From NCBI GenBank assembly GCA_964187785.1, contig OZ076409.1, positions 99,388,001 through 99,452,000 on the forward strand: a DNA stretch of 64,000 bases. Reading direction: 5' to 3'. Under the pieces are notes generated by a model that saw nothing but the letters and a program-made list of their open reading frames with translations, was not told the DNA's origin and did no database searches. This stretch comes from Amphiscolops sp. MND2022 (Eukaryota). This document shows, in pieces, positions 11,544-21,447 of the stretch. The stretch's first letter is position 1, and each line of letters opens with the position of its first letter. A program made the translations under genes and the position numbers.

Positions 11544-14500
11544 TTAGGTTCTGTTAAGTTCTTTTATAAAAAACACAGTATTTATTGGTTCTTCCGTCCA
11601 TGAGCATACTATTGTACTCGTTAAAAATTTCATTTTCAGGGAGGCGTTTCTGTTGAAGAAAAATTTCCAATTACGTATTTGCAAAAGGGTTCGTAAGTTT
11701 TTGTTGACTGGGCATTCAAAAATTAGGTGATTGAAGGTTTCGAAAGCATCACCGCATTGAAAGCACAAAGGGTGTGGTACTAAATCTTTCAGCCATTTTT
11801 GTTCTTTATCTAGATAGCAGCCCATCAGAAAGTTGTAAACTATGTTTTTTTGAAAGGCCTGAAGATTATCCAATTTCCATATGCTTTTGACAAATTTGAT
11901 TAGATTGTCTGTATTTATTTGCAGCTTTTCAGATCTTTCCTGTAAGCGTTCTATTGCTTTCATTTGATTAGATGAATATCGAAGGAAATCATAAACGTCT
12001 TTTGTTTTTGTGTCTTTTGTTAATTCTAGAAATTGTCCACCTTGTTCAATCGATAAATTCCGCTCCGATTTTATTAACCGACGTTTTTTTCCACTTTCAA
12101 TGTCTTTTTTCTCCATTTGGAAGAAGCGGCTATTGAAAAAATTGTTGCTTATTTCGCTTCTTTCTTGAAAGAAAAAATTGTTCAGGTTCATTATTTTGCA
12201 CGCAATAACCAAGTGGGTTAAGTTTTTGAAACGTAGACCGCAATTTTCAATGTTAGTCTGGAGGATTGCGGAGTTTACGTGGTGTTTTTTCATCAACCAA
12301 AACTGATTGATGAGGTCTTGATTCAATTTTTTTATTAAAGTTTTCCTCTGGCATAAATGGCGGAGTCGATGTATCAGTTTTGAAATGACGAAAGTTTCGA
12401 TATTCAAGGATCTCGCTTTGTAGCTCATGGACGGAAGTGCGTATTTGGACGCTTTGGTGGCTATCATTTTGAGTTTTTCATTTATTTTGGGGTTTTTTGA
12501 ATTTACAGGCCAAACTGGAACGCCAAGCACTTCGATTTCTGCTGATTTTGAAAAAGTTGCGGGTAAGTCGCCTAGAGAAGCTATCTCTGTTTTCGTTTCA
12601 TTCACTTCTAATCCCGCAATACGAGCGAAATTCTCGAATAACCTGAAAAATGCTGGGATCGAATCCGTTTTGATGGAGGCGGTGAGGTCATCAGCGTACG
12701 CAACAACCTTTTGTCTGTGAGCTGATTTGATCTCTGGGTTTGTATTGATTTGTCGAAGTAAAGGTTCTAAGCCTAAATTGAAAAGCAATGCTGAGACAGG
12801 ACAACCCTGGCGGACTCCTCTCGTGATTTGAATGGGGGGCGATATGAAGCCATCAATTTCTATCATGGAGAACGATTTTTCGTAAATCATTTCAATGAGT
12901 TTTTTGGTGTAGGAACAAATATCTAATTTCTCAACAATTTTCATGAAAAACGAGCGGTATATTCTATCGAAGGCTTTGCTGAAGTCAATGGTCAATAAAC
13001 AGTCTTCCCTTGTCACTTCATAAGCCATTTTTCGAATTTTGAGTAAACTTGAATGGATGCTCCTATTCGGTAGGTGAGCAGTTTGATGACTATCAATTAT
13101 CTCAGAAACTGAAGTTTTTATTCGGTAGGCTAGGATATGGGATAGTATTTTTTGATCCGTATTTATTAAACTTATAGGTCTAAACTCTCCGATGTCTAGA
13201 GATTTTGACTTTTTTGGGATAAGTTTGATTATGGCTAGCCTGAATGAGTATGGGATTTTTCCACTGTCGATCATACTATTGAAAATTTGTACAAGAAGAG
13301 GAGCGAAATAGTCAATGTTTTCTTTATATAGGCTAGAAGTCAGACCATCAGGACCAGGGGCGCTGTTTTTATTTAGTTTTTCTATGGATTTTCGTACTTC
13401 ATATTCTGTAATTTCTTGATCTTCTTTTTGAGATAACTGAGGAAATGCCAGGTGAGTTTCCACATAATCATTTTGTTCTTCGATCAAGCGGTTTTTGTCT
13501 GTTTCGGATAGATTAGGATCTCTGGAATGTTTTTGATACCACTTATGAAACTCATTGAGAATTTCAGTTTGTTCAGTTATTTCCACTCCTTCTTCAGTTT
13601 TCAATCTCTTTATTTTATTGCTCCCTCTAGTCGAGGTGGTTAAATTTTTTAGAGATTTTGGGTTACCCTCATTCACATCTAGGTAAATGCCTTTAATTGC
13701 CCTAACTCGCATTTCGTTGAACGTAAACCGCATGCGCCTGAGTTCGGAATTCAAATTTTCGTATTCAGTGAAAAGCGATTTTGATTCATTTTCAATCAGT
13801 TTTTTCTCAACGTTAGTAATTTGCTCCAACAATACTTTTTCTTTTTCACATCTTTGTTTTGTTTCTTGAATACACAAATGACGGAGGGAGGCTCGTAGTC
13901 TCGCTTTGAACTTTTCATAACCCAATATTGGTTCGTCAAGGTTGCAGTTTTCTAAGTGAAAACGCAAAACTTGAAGGATTGTTTCTTTTTTTGAAAGTAT
14001 TGAGTTGTTAAGTTTCCAAAGGCTTTGACCATAATTATCTTCGACGAGCTCATAAGTGTGCAACATTTGGTGATCTGAAAAGGATGTTTTTTGCTGGCTT
14101 AAAATTTGTTTGGAATTTTCCTGATCGCAATAAATATAATCGATTCTGGACCATTGTTTTGTTTTCTTATCGAAGTGCGTAGGTAGGTTTGGGGATACAT
14201 TTTTCGCAATATCACGTAAGGAAAGTCTATTCAATAATTTCGTCAGTTTTTTGAATCGTTGTATTCTATGGTCATGAATTTTCACTTTCGAAGAGAACGG
14301 GGTGCTCAAGTCAATTGGATTTATCGCGTTGTGATCTCCAACTAAAAATACTTTTTCATAAGCGTCGAGGTTCAAATTGTTGAAAAAATCAAAAAACTCT
14401 ACCATTTGATGGTCCTTGGGGTTGATGTAGGAATTTAATATCAAAACATTGTCAGGTTTGTATAGAATAGCTTGACAATCTCTACAATCAGCTATCTTGA

Positions 14501-14750
14501 CTACTTCCAAATTCTCAGGGAATACACTTATGAGCCCGCCGGATGAGTTATTAGAAGGAGTTATTATGTATTTGAGTTTCTCATGGTTTAAAATTTTTTG
14601 GTGTTCGAGTTTTAGTTCGGAGAGTTTAGTTTCTTGGAGGGCAGCAACAAAGTTTGTAGAGTTTTTAGTTTTTTTAATTAGAGAGCATATCTCAGTAAGG
14701 CGAAGGCTTGCGCCTAAGCCTCGGCAGTTTAAACTATATAATTCAATCAT
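11544..14750 (-). CDS. LINE ORF2: AP endonuclease + reverse transcriptase + C-terminal CCHC finger (1068 aa, intact)
   Basis: APE motifs SLNCRGL, LQETK, GDHN, SRIDY, SDH. RT motifs APGPDG, FRPISL, DFSKAFD, GVRQGCP, YADD. C-terminal CFQC-x8-H-x4-C. Confidence 0.95.
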   Translation of the reverse strand: MIELYSLNCRGLGASLRLTEICSLIKKTKNSTNFVAALQETKLSELKLEHQKILNHEKLKYIITPSNNSSGGLISVFPENLEVVKIADCRDCQAILYKPDNVLILNSYINPKDHQMVEFFDFFNNLNLDAYEKVFLVGDHNAINPIDLSTPFSSKVKIHDHRIQRFKKLTKLLNRLSLRDIAKNVSPNLPTHFDKKTKQWSRIDYIYCDQENSKQILSQQKTSFSDHQMLHTYELVEDNYGQSLWKLNNSILSKKETILQVLRFHLENCNLDEPILGYEKFKARLRASLRHLCIQETKQRCEKEKVLLEQITNVEKKLIENESKSLFTEYENLNSELRRMRFTFNEMRVRAIKGIYLDVNEGNPKSLKNLTTSTRGSNKIKRLKTEEGVEITEQTEILNEFHKWYQKHSRDPNLSETDKNRLIEEQNDYVETHLAFPQLSQKEDQEITEYEVRKSIEKLNKNSAPGPDGLTSSLYKENIDYFAPLLVQIFNSMIDSGKIPYSFRLAIIKLIPKKSKSLDIGEFRPISLINTDQKILSHILAYRIKTSVSEIIDSHQTAHLPNRSIHSSLLKIRKMAYEVTREDCLLTIDFSKAFDRIYRSFFMKIVEKLDICSYTKKLIEMIYEKSFSMIEIDGFISPPIQITRGVRQGCPVSALLFNLGLEPLLRQINTNPEIKSAHRQKVVAYADDLTASIKTDSIPAFFRLFENFARIAGLEVNETKTEIASLGDLPATFSKSAEIEVLGVPVWPVNSKNPKINEKLKMIATKASKYALPSMSYKARSLNIETFVISKLIHRLRHLCQRKTLIKKLNQDLINQFWLMKKHHVNSAILQTNIENCGLRFKNLTHLVIACKIMNLNNFFFQERSEISNNFFNSRFFQMEKKDIESGKKRRLIKSERNLSIEQGGQFLELTKDTKTKDVYDFLRYSSNQMKAIERLQERSEKLQINTDNLIKFVKSIWKLDNLQAFQKNIVYNFLMGCYLDKEQKWLKDLVPHPLCFQCGDAFETFNHLIFECPVNKNLRTLLQIRNWKFFFNRNASLKMKFLTSTIVCSWTEEPINTVFFIKELNRT

Positions 14751-16083
14751 TGTTGAAAACTAATTGTTTAAGAGGCTGTTGATTTGGGCTTCTACTTCTG
14801 GGTGAAACTTCTGGAGAAGGGGCATTCAATTCTTCCGAAAAAGCTTGAAATTTGTTTTTCTGAGGTGTGCTGTTTGGTGTCGCTTCAAAATTTTGTCCTC
14901 GTTTTTTGTTGTTCGGGTTGAATGTTCGAGTGCTGCTCTCGTACCAGTTGCTGTCATCGGGTACTTCACCGTCTTCCAACTGGTCTGTTGTGGGCTGGGC
15001 ATCTTTTCGATTTTTCTGCGTTTTCTCGTTGTCTTCAGGTGGCGTTTTATTTGGCTCATTTTCATTCTCTCCTGGTTCCTTTTCAATAATTTGTATTGGG
15101 GCTCGTTTCTTGCGGCACCAGGCGTCGTCATGACCGATTATGACACGCTGGGCGAGATGTGAGCAGTTTTCACACGTGTGTAATCTGGGAACATGGGCAC
15201 GAATGTGAAGCCCATGCCAGTTTGGAACTTCCGTGATGCCATTTTGTTTTTACCATTTCCTTAGAATCTCTTCATCTTCTGTGTTTCCAATTTGTACAGT
15301 TCCATGTGCGGTTCCCGTGAAGACCGTTCCAAGTTCAGTATTTGCAGTATGTCTCGTTATAGGGGAAATCAGTTGGCCAACTGGCATTGCCAGTACTTCC
15401 TCTAACTCTTCGTCGCCACACAAAATGGGGAGACCCTCAATTTTAACCGTGTATTTTTTGGGGTACATCGAGGGACTGTATCTCCAAACTTCATCTGCAG
15501 TGGGGAATATCGTCCGGTTTAAAATTTCCAAGCCATTTAATTGTAGAGCATTAACTTCGTCTTCGGCTTCAATGGGAGCAGTAACCATCAGAGTTTGTAA
15601 TTTCCGATTCCCAATGTTTGTATGAGTCTTTGAAATGGTGACGAGAAGACGAGATGAAGGAGAGAAATTTTTAAGAATGGCGACATAACAGCTTTTCACA
15701 GCTTGGTCAAACATGACGGGAGAACTGAGATGTTCTTTCGTGAAAGGTGGGATGATCCGCATTTTAATTAGATGCTCAATTCGGGATGGACGAGAATTTA
15801 TGTTAGTAACAGCTGAGCTATAGTTTCTGTTCGAAGGAATAGAAGAAGCTGTTGGATTGTTGTTCTGAACGGCAGTTTCATTGGAGTTTGAATTAGTAAG
15901 ATTATCATTCAAAGGAGGAAAAGAATTTGCGACATTTTCAGGAAGAACTTCATTGTTTTGGATTGTATTCGAGGGATTCTGTAATTTATTTGAAATTGCT
16001 TTTGAATTTTCTATTTGTTGTCGAATTTCGTTGGCAATTTTGTCTTTGCGCATTAGCGCGGAATTCGATTTGTTTATTGACAT
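14743..16083 (-). pseudogene. LINE ORF1 (zinc-knuckle nucleic-acid-binding protein) with one in-frame TAA at 15250-15252
   Basis: Track ORFs 15250..16161 and 14743..14979 share a frame. Reading through the TAA gives ...RKW*KQNGITEVPNWHGLHIRAHVPRLHTCENCSHLAQRVIIGHDDAWC..., a CX2CX10HX4C knuckle. Its stop overlaps the ORF2 ATG (ATGATTGA). Confidence 0.85.
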
Positions 16084-16120
16084 AGCGCGACCGCTTACTA
16101 GCTCACTATCTGCTTTATAA

Positions 16121-16230
16121 ATATAAAATTTCAAGACCACGTCAGATCTGTCTTTGGGCATTAAGCGCCGCGGAATTGGCCGATTAGCTCTATAGCCTTG
16201 CCGGACAATCAGTCGTTTATTCCATCGATG
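16121..16230 (-). pseudogene. Relic of an older related LINE (5' end / ORF1 start), right part of the target site
   Basis: tgtctttgggcattaagcgccgcggaattggccgatt (16149-16185) resembles tgtctttgcgcattagcgcggaattcgatt (16041-16070). GGT CTT (GL) continues across the TSD into EILYR. The outer boundary is approximate. Confidence 0.6.
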
Positions 16231-16264
16231 TTATATATACCACATAAAATTACCTCATTCAAGA

Positions 16265-16336
16265 GGGGATGTAGCTCAGTGGTAGAGCGTCCGCTTTGCA
16301 TGCGGAAGGTCTGGGGTTCGATCCCCCACATCTCCA
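16265..16336 (+). tRNA. tRNA-Ala(UGC)
   Basis: GGGGATGTAGCTCAGTGGTAGAGCGTCCGCTTTGCATGCGGAAGGTCTGGGGTTCGATCCCCCACATCTCCA. Followed by an oligo-T terminator; TATA-like ttatatata lies about 30 nt upstream. Confidence 0.95.
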
Positions 16337-18910
16337 ATTTTTTTATGCATGTTTTATAGAACAGAAGAGCTGTTTTTCAAAGTTTTCCCGCTATGTGTCA
16401 TTAGCTAGCCCTTAGTGTCACAAAGTAATTGAGCTTGAAAATTTCTGTCCAGAAAATGGCTCCCCAAATTTTAAGAAAACAAACTCAACATAAAGGATTA
16501 TATTTGACTATATCATTCAATATTTCTTCGAATAAGTCCTTTCCTTTGTTTTGCTGTCTCCACACTATTTGAGTAGTTTTCCGCTTGAACAGAACATTGT
16601 TCACACAATTTGACTAATTATGTTCGTATTGAGTGTTTATTGATGACTCAAAACAGAAAGCTGTTAATTTCTTCATCAAAAATGCGTGACTACATAGGGA
16701 AAAAGTGTGAACAAAGTTTGTATCTGAATCCTAAACTATCACCCTGAGAATAAATTTAACCCGGAATGGAGGTGGAAATTTCTGGATGCATCCAAAAATC
16801 TGGTGCTTAAACTTTAAACCGCAATATCTCCAAAACTATTTGAGTCCGACAAATGATTTATACAGCGTTCGAAAGAGGAGCATCAGGGCTTTCAAATCAA
16901 TTTTCAAACTGCTGGGCTGGCAGTTTTTTGCGCGAAGTCCTCCGCTGGCGTGCAGCTTCGCCGCACTGGCTCCTCCGGACTTTGCCCCAAAACTTTGCAC
17001 GCGTGGTGTCTCTGGCTGCAGTTCAGCTTGTTTTAAAACATGCTAGGGCCTCTTTGACCTAATCTTGTCCCCAGTAGTATAAAGTGGCCAAATACGAAAA
17101 CAGGAAAATCGGAAATTTTGCGCTATTTTTTCTTTGATTTTTTTGGTACCGTTTTTCTGATTTTGGAGACATCAAGTCAACAATCCGTGAAAATGCGTGC
17201 AATTCTATGTTATTTTGTCTGAAAGTCTTATTCAAGAGTTTTCTTTACCATACGGTGGGCTGGTGCCTTTAGAAGTTAGCAGATCTTAAGTGGTGCAAAT
17301 ACGTACCGCGATGCTAAATAGGATTAAAACTGAACTGTTTCATTGGAAACGCAATTGAGATATAAATAATTGCAAAAACATCATCTTGAAAAGTGTGGGG
17401 GAAAAGGAAAAAGTTCCCAGAAAATAACTTATTGCATTAATTTTATTGATATCCCTAACAATATTGCTCCGGAATTAGTTTTTAGTCGGGGGTTCATTTT
17501 ACAGTGACTCTTTTTTTCAATCCATACGATCTGACCAAAATAGTTCTTGAAAGTTCTACGAAATTTTATGGTCCCAAATTGAATCATTGAATCATCAGCG
17601 AACTGAACCAAACCAAAAAAGGTTTGTCCTCTTTTTCCGTGTATTATACAATACCGGGGGAGACTAAAGGGTCCCCCCTTTCAGTTTTTTTCGGCATTGA
17701 GACTTTTTTTCGAAAAAAAATGTTCTCCAAAGGGTCCCCCTTTGATTTTTTGATGTTTCGTAACACTGGATGTTGAAAAATCTGAAAGGGTCCTGTCGCA
17801 CGCATGGATAAATTTTAATTTTACTATTTTGCTGTTTCCTCTTTTCAGGGGAATTCTCAATTATTATCAGTATTAGTCAGATCAGCTGTTACAACATTTT
17901 GCAAAGTGCTTTCAGACAACTGTTCTGTTATTGAAGTAGAACGAGTAAGAAAGTCTCAAAAGCTTACTCTTAGTAATACTAAAATGAAGTGCCTTGCTAG
18001 TACGTGCGAACAAAGGAAATTGCGTGAGTAAGTGCAAGGCAATGTATGTAAATGAGCTCTCTGAATAGTAAAAACCAAAAGTTAGAAATGTGTTGAATTA
18101 TGTAAATGAAATGAACTTTAGGACATAGTATAATTCTCCAGGCATAGCAGTCTCTGTTCCACTGTTTACAATATTCAGTCGCCTCACTAAATTTGTTTAT
18201 CTCAAATCGAAGTAATATTTTTACAGTTGCATTATAGAGCAAAAGATTAAAATATTCATAAAACTAAAATCATAGGAAATCTCATTTAGTTTTAGGAGAT
18301 AATTTCATGAAACAATAAGTTTACAAGCTGTATTAGTTTAAACAGCGCCTTCTTTATTTTTAAGTCTCTATTTCCTTCAATTTAAAATAGCCTTAAGACT
18401 TTTCTATGAAATAACTTTATATTACAAAATTATTTCATTAAAGCAACAAGGGAAAATTCTATCTTGTTAATGACTAGCGTCATTCTTTTGGAATTATTAT
18501 AAGATAGAATTTAAACAACCGCAGAATTGAATCGGCGGAATTATTTTAAGATAGAATTTAGTTAGAAAAAGGGAGAGTGAAAAATCTCCACAAAAATCTA
18601 AGATTTTTTCGACTCACCAAACCGGGGACCAAGTTGGGTTCTAAGATAAAAAATTCTGTTGGGGAATAGCGAAAAGGCAAAGATAAGTTTTTGCTTGAGA
18701 GACGGGGAAAGGAGAGAAGAGAGAGCAAGTGAAATTTGGCTATGGTGGGAGCGAAGGAAGAAGAAGGGGAAAGAAGTTAGACTTTTTAAGTCTAAGATAA
18801 AACAAGAGCAAAGTAAGCAAAGGGAAGTAAGAGAAAGTGGGAAATAAGAGTTGAGGGAGAGAAGTGGTAGAGTAATTGTAATAGATGAGAAGTGGAGGAA
18901 TTGAGGAATT

Positions 18911-18912
<2 letters not shown>

Positions 18913-18952
<40 letters not shown>
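18913..18952. repeat. (AG)n microsatellite
   Basis: Seen directly. Confidence 0.95.
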
Positions 18953-18954
<2 letters not shown>

Positions 18955-19576
18955 GTAAGTTGAGCTCAGCCGTCAGGCGGGAGAGAATGAATCTCCGGCC
19001 TGTGCAGGCCGTATAAAAACAGTTCAGCACATCTGCTGCAGTGCCTGGCCGGCATGTGTTGCATGCTACCAATGGTAGCTCAGCTTAAAATTCAAATTTC
19101 CGCGGTAAATAATAGAAATTTTCACTTGTGCAATTCCTTTATTGTAGCACTCCATTACTTATTATTCTTCTTCGCGGCTGCCACTTTATGGCCGCCGCCA
19201 TTATTCGCTCCACTTCCATCTCTCCACACAACGTTAGTTTCATTTCCCGTTATTTTTTAACAATTCGTTAGAGCGTTAGTCATAGCGCGACAGTCCCCAA
19301 AATTCGCTCCAACTTATGGGTTTTTCGGGTACTGTAAAAGAAAACTTGACACTTTGAAGTGCTTTTGCTATTTTTGAGCCTTAGATAAGGCGCTGACTTG
19401 GGCCGTTCCCGGCTTGTAGTCACCCAATTTTTTATACCTCCGATATCCCATTAACATTTAATTGGATTCTTTTGTGCCACCGAGCCAAACCATAGACCCC
19501 CCACACCCGCCACTGTCCAAATTTTTTTGAAACAGTTTTTCGAAAATCTTAAGGCTCTTTTCTGTTTTCCCCCCAA

Positions 19577-20026
19577 CAGGGTTGTTCAATATTTTATTCG
19601 ATTATTTTTGCTTTAAAATAAATTATTTTATTTTCAGAAGAGAAAATAAATTATTTTATTATTTTCTTTCGCTAAAATAATTATTTTTATTCCCAGCGAA
19701 AAACGGATAACAACAAAAATTTAAATTAGCCATCCATAATCAGGCCAAAACGCGGCGACAGGGCTTTTTAGTGGACTCTTCGACCTTTTGCGTCAGTACC
19801 CCAAGGTACTTGACAAAAGAATTTCTAGAAATTAGCTCAATTTTTTTCGACTTTATTTGGCTGACGATTTGTTGAATTAAACGCTCTTAGTTTCAGTTAT
19901 CTCAAGAATATTTATTTTTATTTTAACAGGTCCAAAAATAATTATTTTTATTCATTCAAGTGTAAAAATAAATTATTTTATTTTATTATAATTATTCTTC
20001 CCATAATTATTTATTGAACACCCCTG
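19577..20026. mobile_element. hAT MITE
   Basis: TIR CAGGG(T/G)TGTTCAATA with perfect 8-bp TSD CCCCCCAA. Confidence 0.9.
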
Positions 20027-20145
20027 CCCCCCAACCACCATTTTTTTCATTTGATAAATATCAGTAAATTTCATTGAAAAGTTCAGACTAGTCTAATTAA
20101 ATGTAAAATCTTCCTCCATAACCGCGTCCAAAAAAATCTGCGGAA

Positions 20146-20626
20146 CAGGGGTGTTCAATATTTTATTCGAATAATATTATTGCTTGAAAATAAATTATTT
20201 TATTTTCAGGGTGGAAAAAATAATTTTATTTTTTTTGCTAAAATAATTGTTTTTCTTAGCAAAAAACGGATACTGCTAAAAATATCTGTCTCGAGGTTAA
20301 CTGGCTCTGTAATCACTAAAAACAAAACCAACTATGCTAAAAGGTAGGAAAATTAATTTTCGGCCTGTAAAAATAAATTTCGACGCCAAAATCGGCTCAA
20401 TTTTTTGCTCTTTCGGCTAGAAAAACAGTGTTTTCGGCGTAACAAATTTTTATTGCTCGAAAAGATTCATTATAACTAATAAACATAAGCTTTTTAACAG
20501 TAGAGTCGAGACAATTTTCCCGGTCAAGAATAAATGACTTCAGAACCGAAAACAGACGACGCTCGACATCAACTGATGTACACGGAGCACGGGAGAATAT
20601 AATGAAATCCCGGGGTTCCGTAATAC
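20146..20626 (-). mobile_element. Truncated hAT element with hATC fragment
   Basis: One TIR CAGGGGTGTTCAATA and minus-strand peptide APCTSVDVERRLFS; the partner end was not found. Confidence 0.6.
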
Positions 20627-20774
20627 CAGGGCTTTTCAATAAATTATTTGTATTGCAATATATTTATTGGGAATGGCAAAAGACAGCAATAATATTGCAT
20701 GCAATATATTGGATTTAAAAACAAATTTAAAAATCATTCTTGTGGAGCATTACTCAGAATTATAAAACAACCAC

Positions 20775-21078
20775 AGTAGTTAAGATTTCAGCCGGCCTTT
20801 CAACGGGGGGGGTCCTCGGTTTTCACGGGGTGGGTCCTTGCTCTGAAATTTTAGGACCTATCCCTAAAAGGAAGGGGTCCTTCCAAATTGGTGTTCGGAA
20901 ATACTTCGGCTTTTGACTGCGAAAGTAAATTATTGGTCGGATTCTTTTTGTATTCGTTTTTTGGATTCTTTTTGTATTCGTTTTTGGAATCGGATTTTTG
21001 CGAAAGTACATGTAAAAGCGTAGACACTCTTGTTTATTCTTTGAATGCCTGAAAGTTTGGAAAGTACTAACCTTGAAA
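20775..21078 (+). repeat. Polinton left TIR (~304 bp)
   Basis: Reverse complement of 36166-36438, with an extra ~24-bp tandem copy and a few substitutions. Confidence 0.93.
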
Positions 21079-21447
21079 TTTTGTTGTAATTGAATTGTAA
21101 AGCTGGATTGACTAATACTGGTACAACTTTCTTGTAAATAAAGGGAGTGGTATTTCCAACTTTCTTATCTGTATGTACGCTTAATATTATTAGGAATAGT
21201 AATATGCGTTCCTCCAAATGTAGTGGTAGCGGTGTTCTTCTTTCTACCTGTAAATTATCTTAACTTCCCAACAAATTCGTTTTGAATCTACATGTTGTTG
21301 CCAACCCCTGACCTACCCAAGTTAAATTTAATATAACTGTAAACCACCATTCTTCGTTTCAACTCTTGTTTGAAAACATAATGAATTTCACAAATTCAAG
21401 CTTTATTATGCTGTTAACGTTATACAAAGAAAAATTAGTGAATGATA

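Larger units (their letters stand above)
11319..16120 (-). mobile_element. Full-length L1/Tx1-clade non-LTR retrotransposon
   Basis: 12-bp TSD ATATAAAATTTC at 11307-11318 and 16121-16132. A8 tail (T8 at 11319-11326), 37-nt 5' UTR, ORF1 and ORF2. Confidence 0.9.

Noticed and set aside
16084..16161. ORF-track start of LINE ORF1 at 16161 (MPKDRS...)
   Set aside because: It lies outside the 12-bp TSD and belongs to the older relic; the element's own ATG is at 16083.
16756..17640. piggyBac-like element starting TTAA|CCC
   Set aside because: No matching right end or second TTAA was found.
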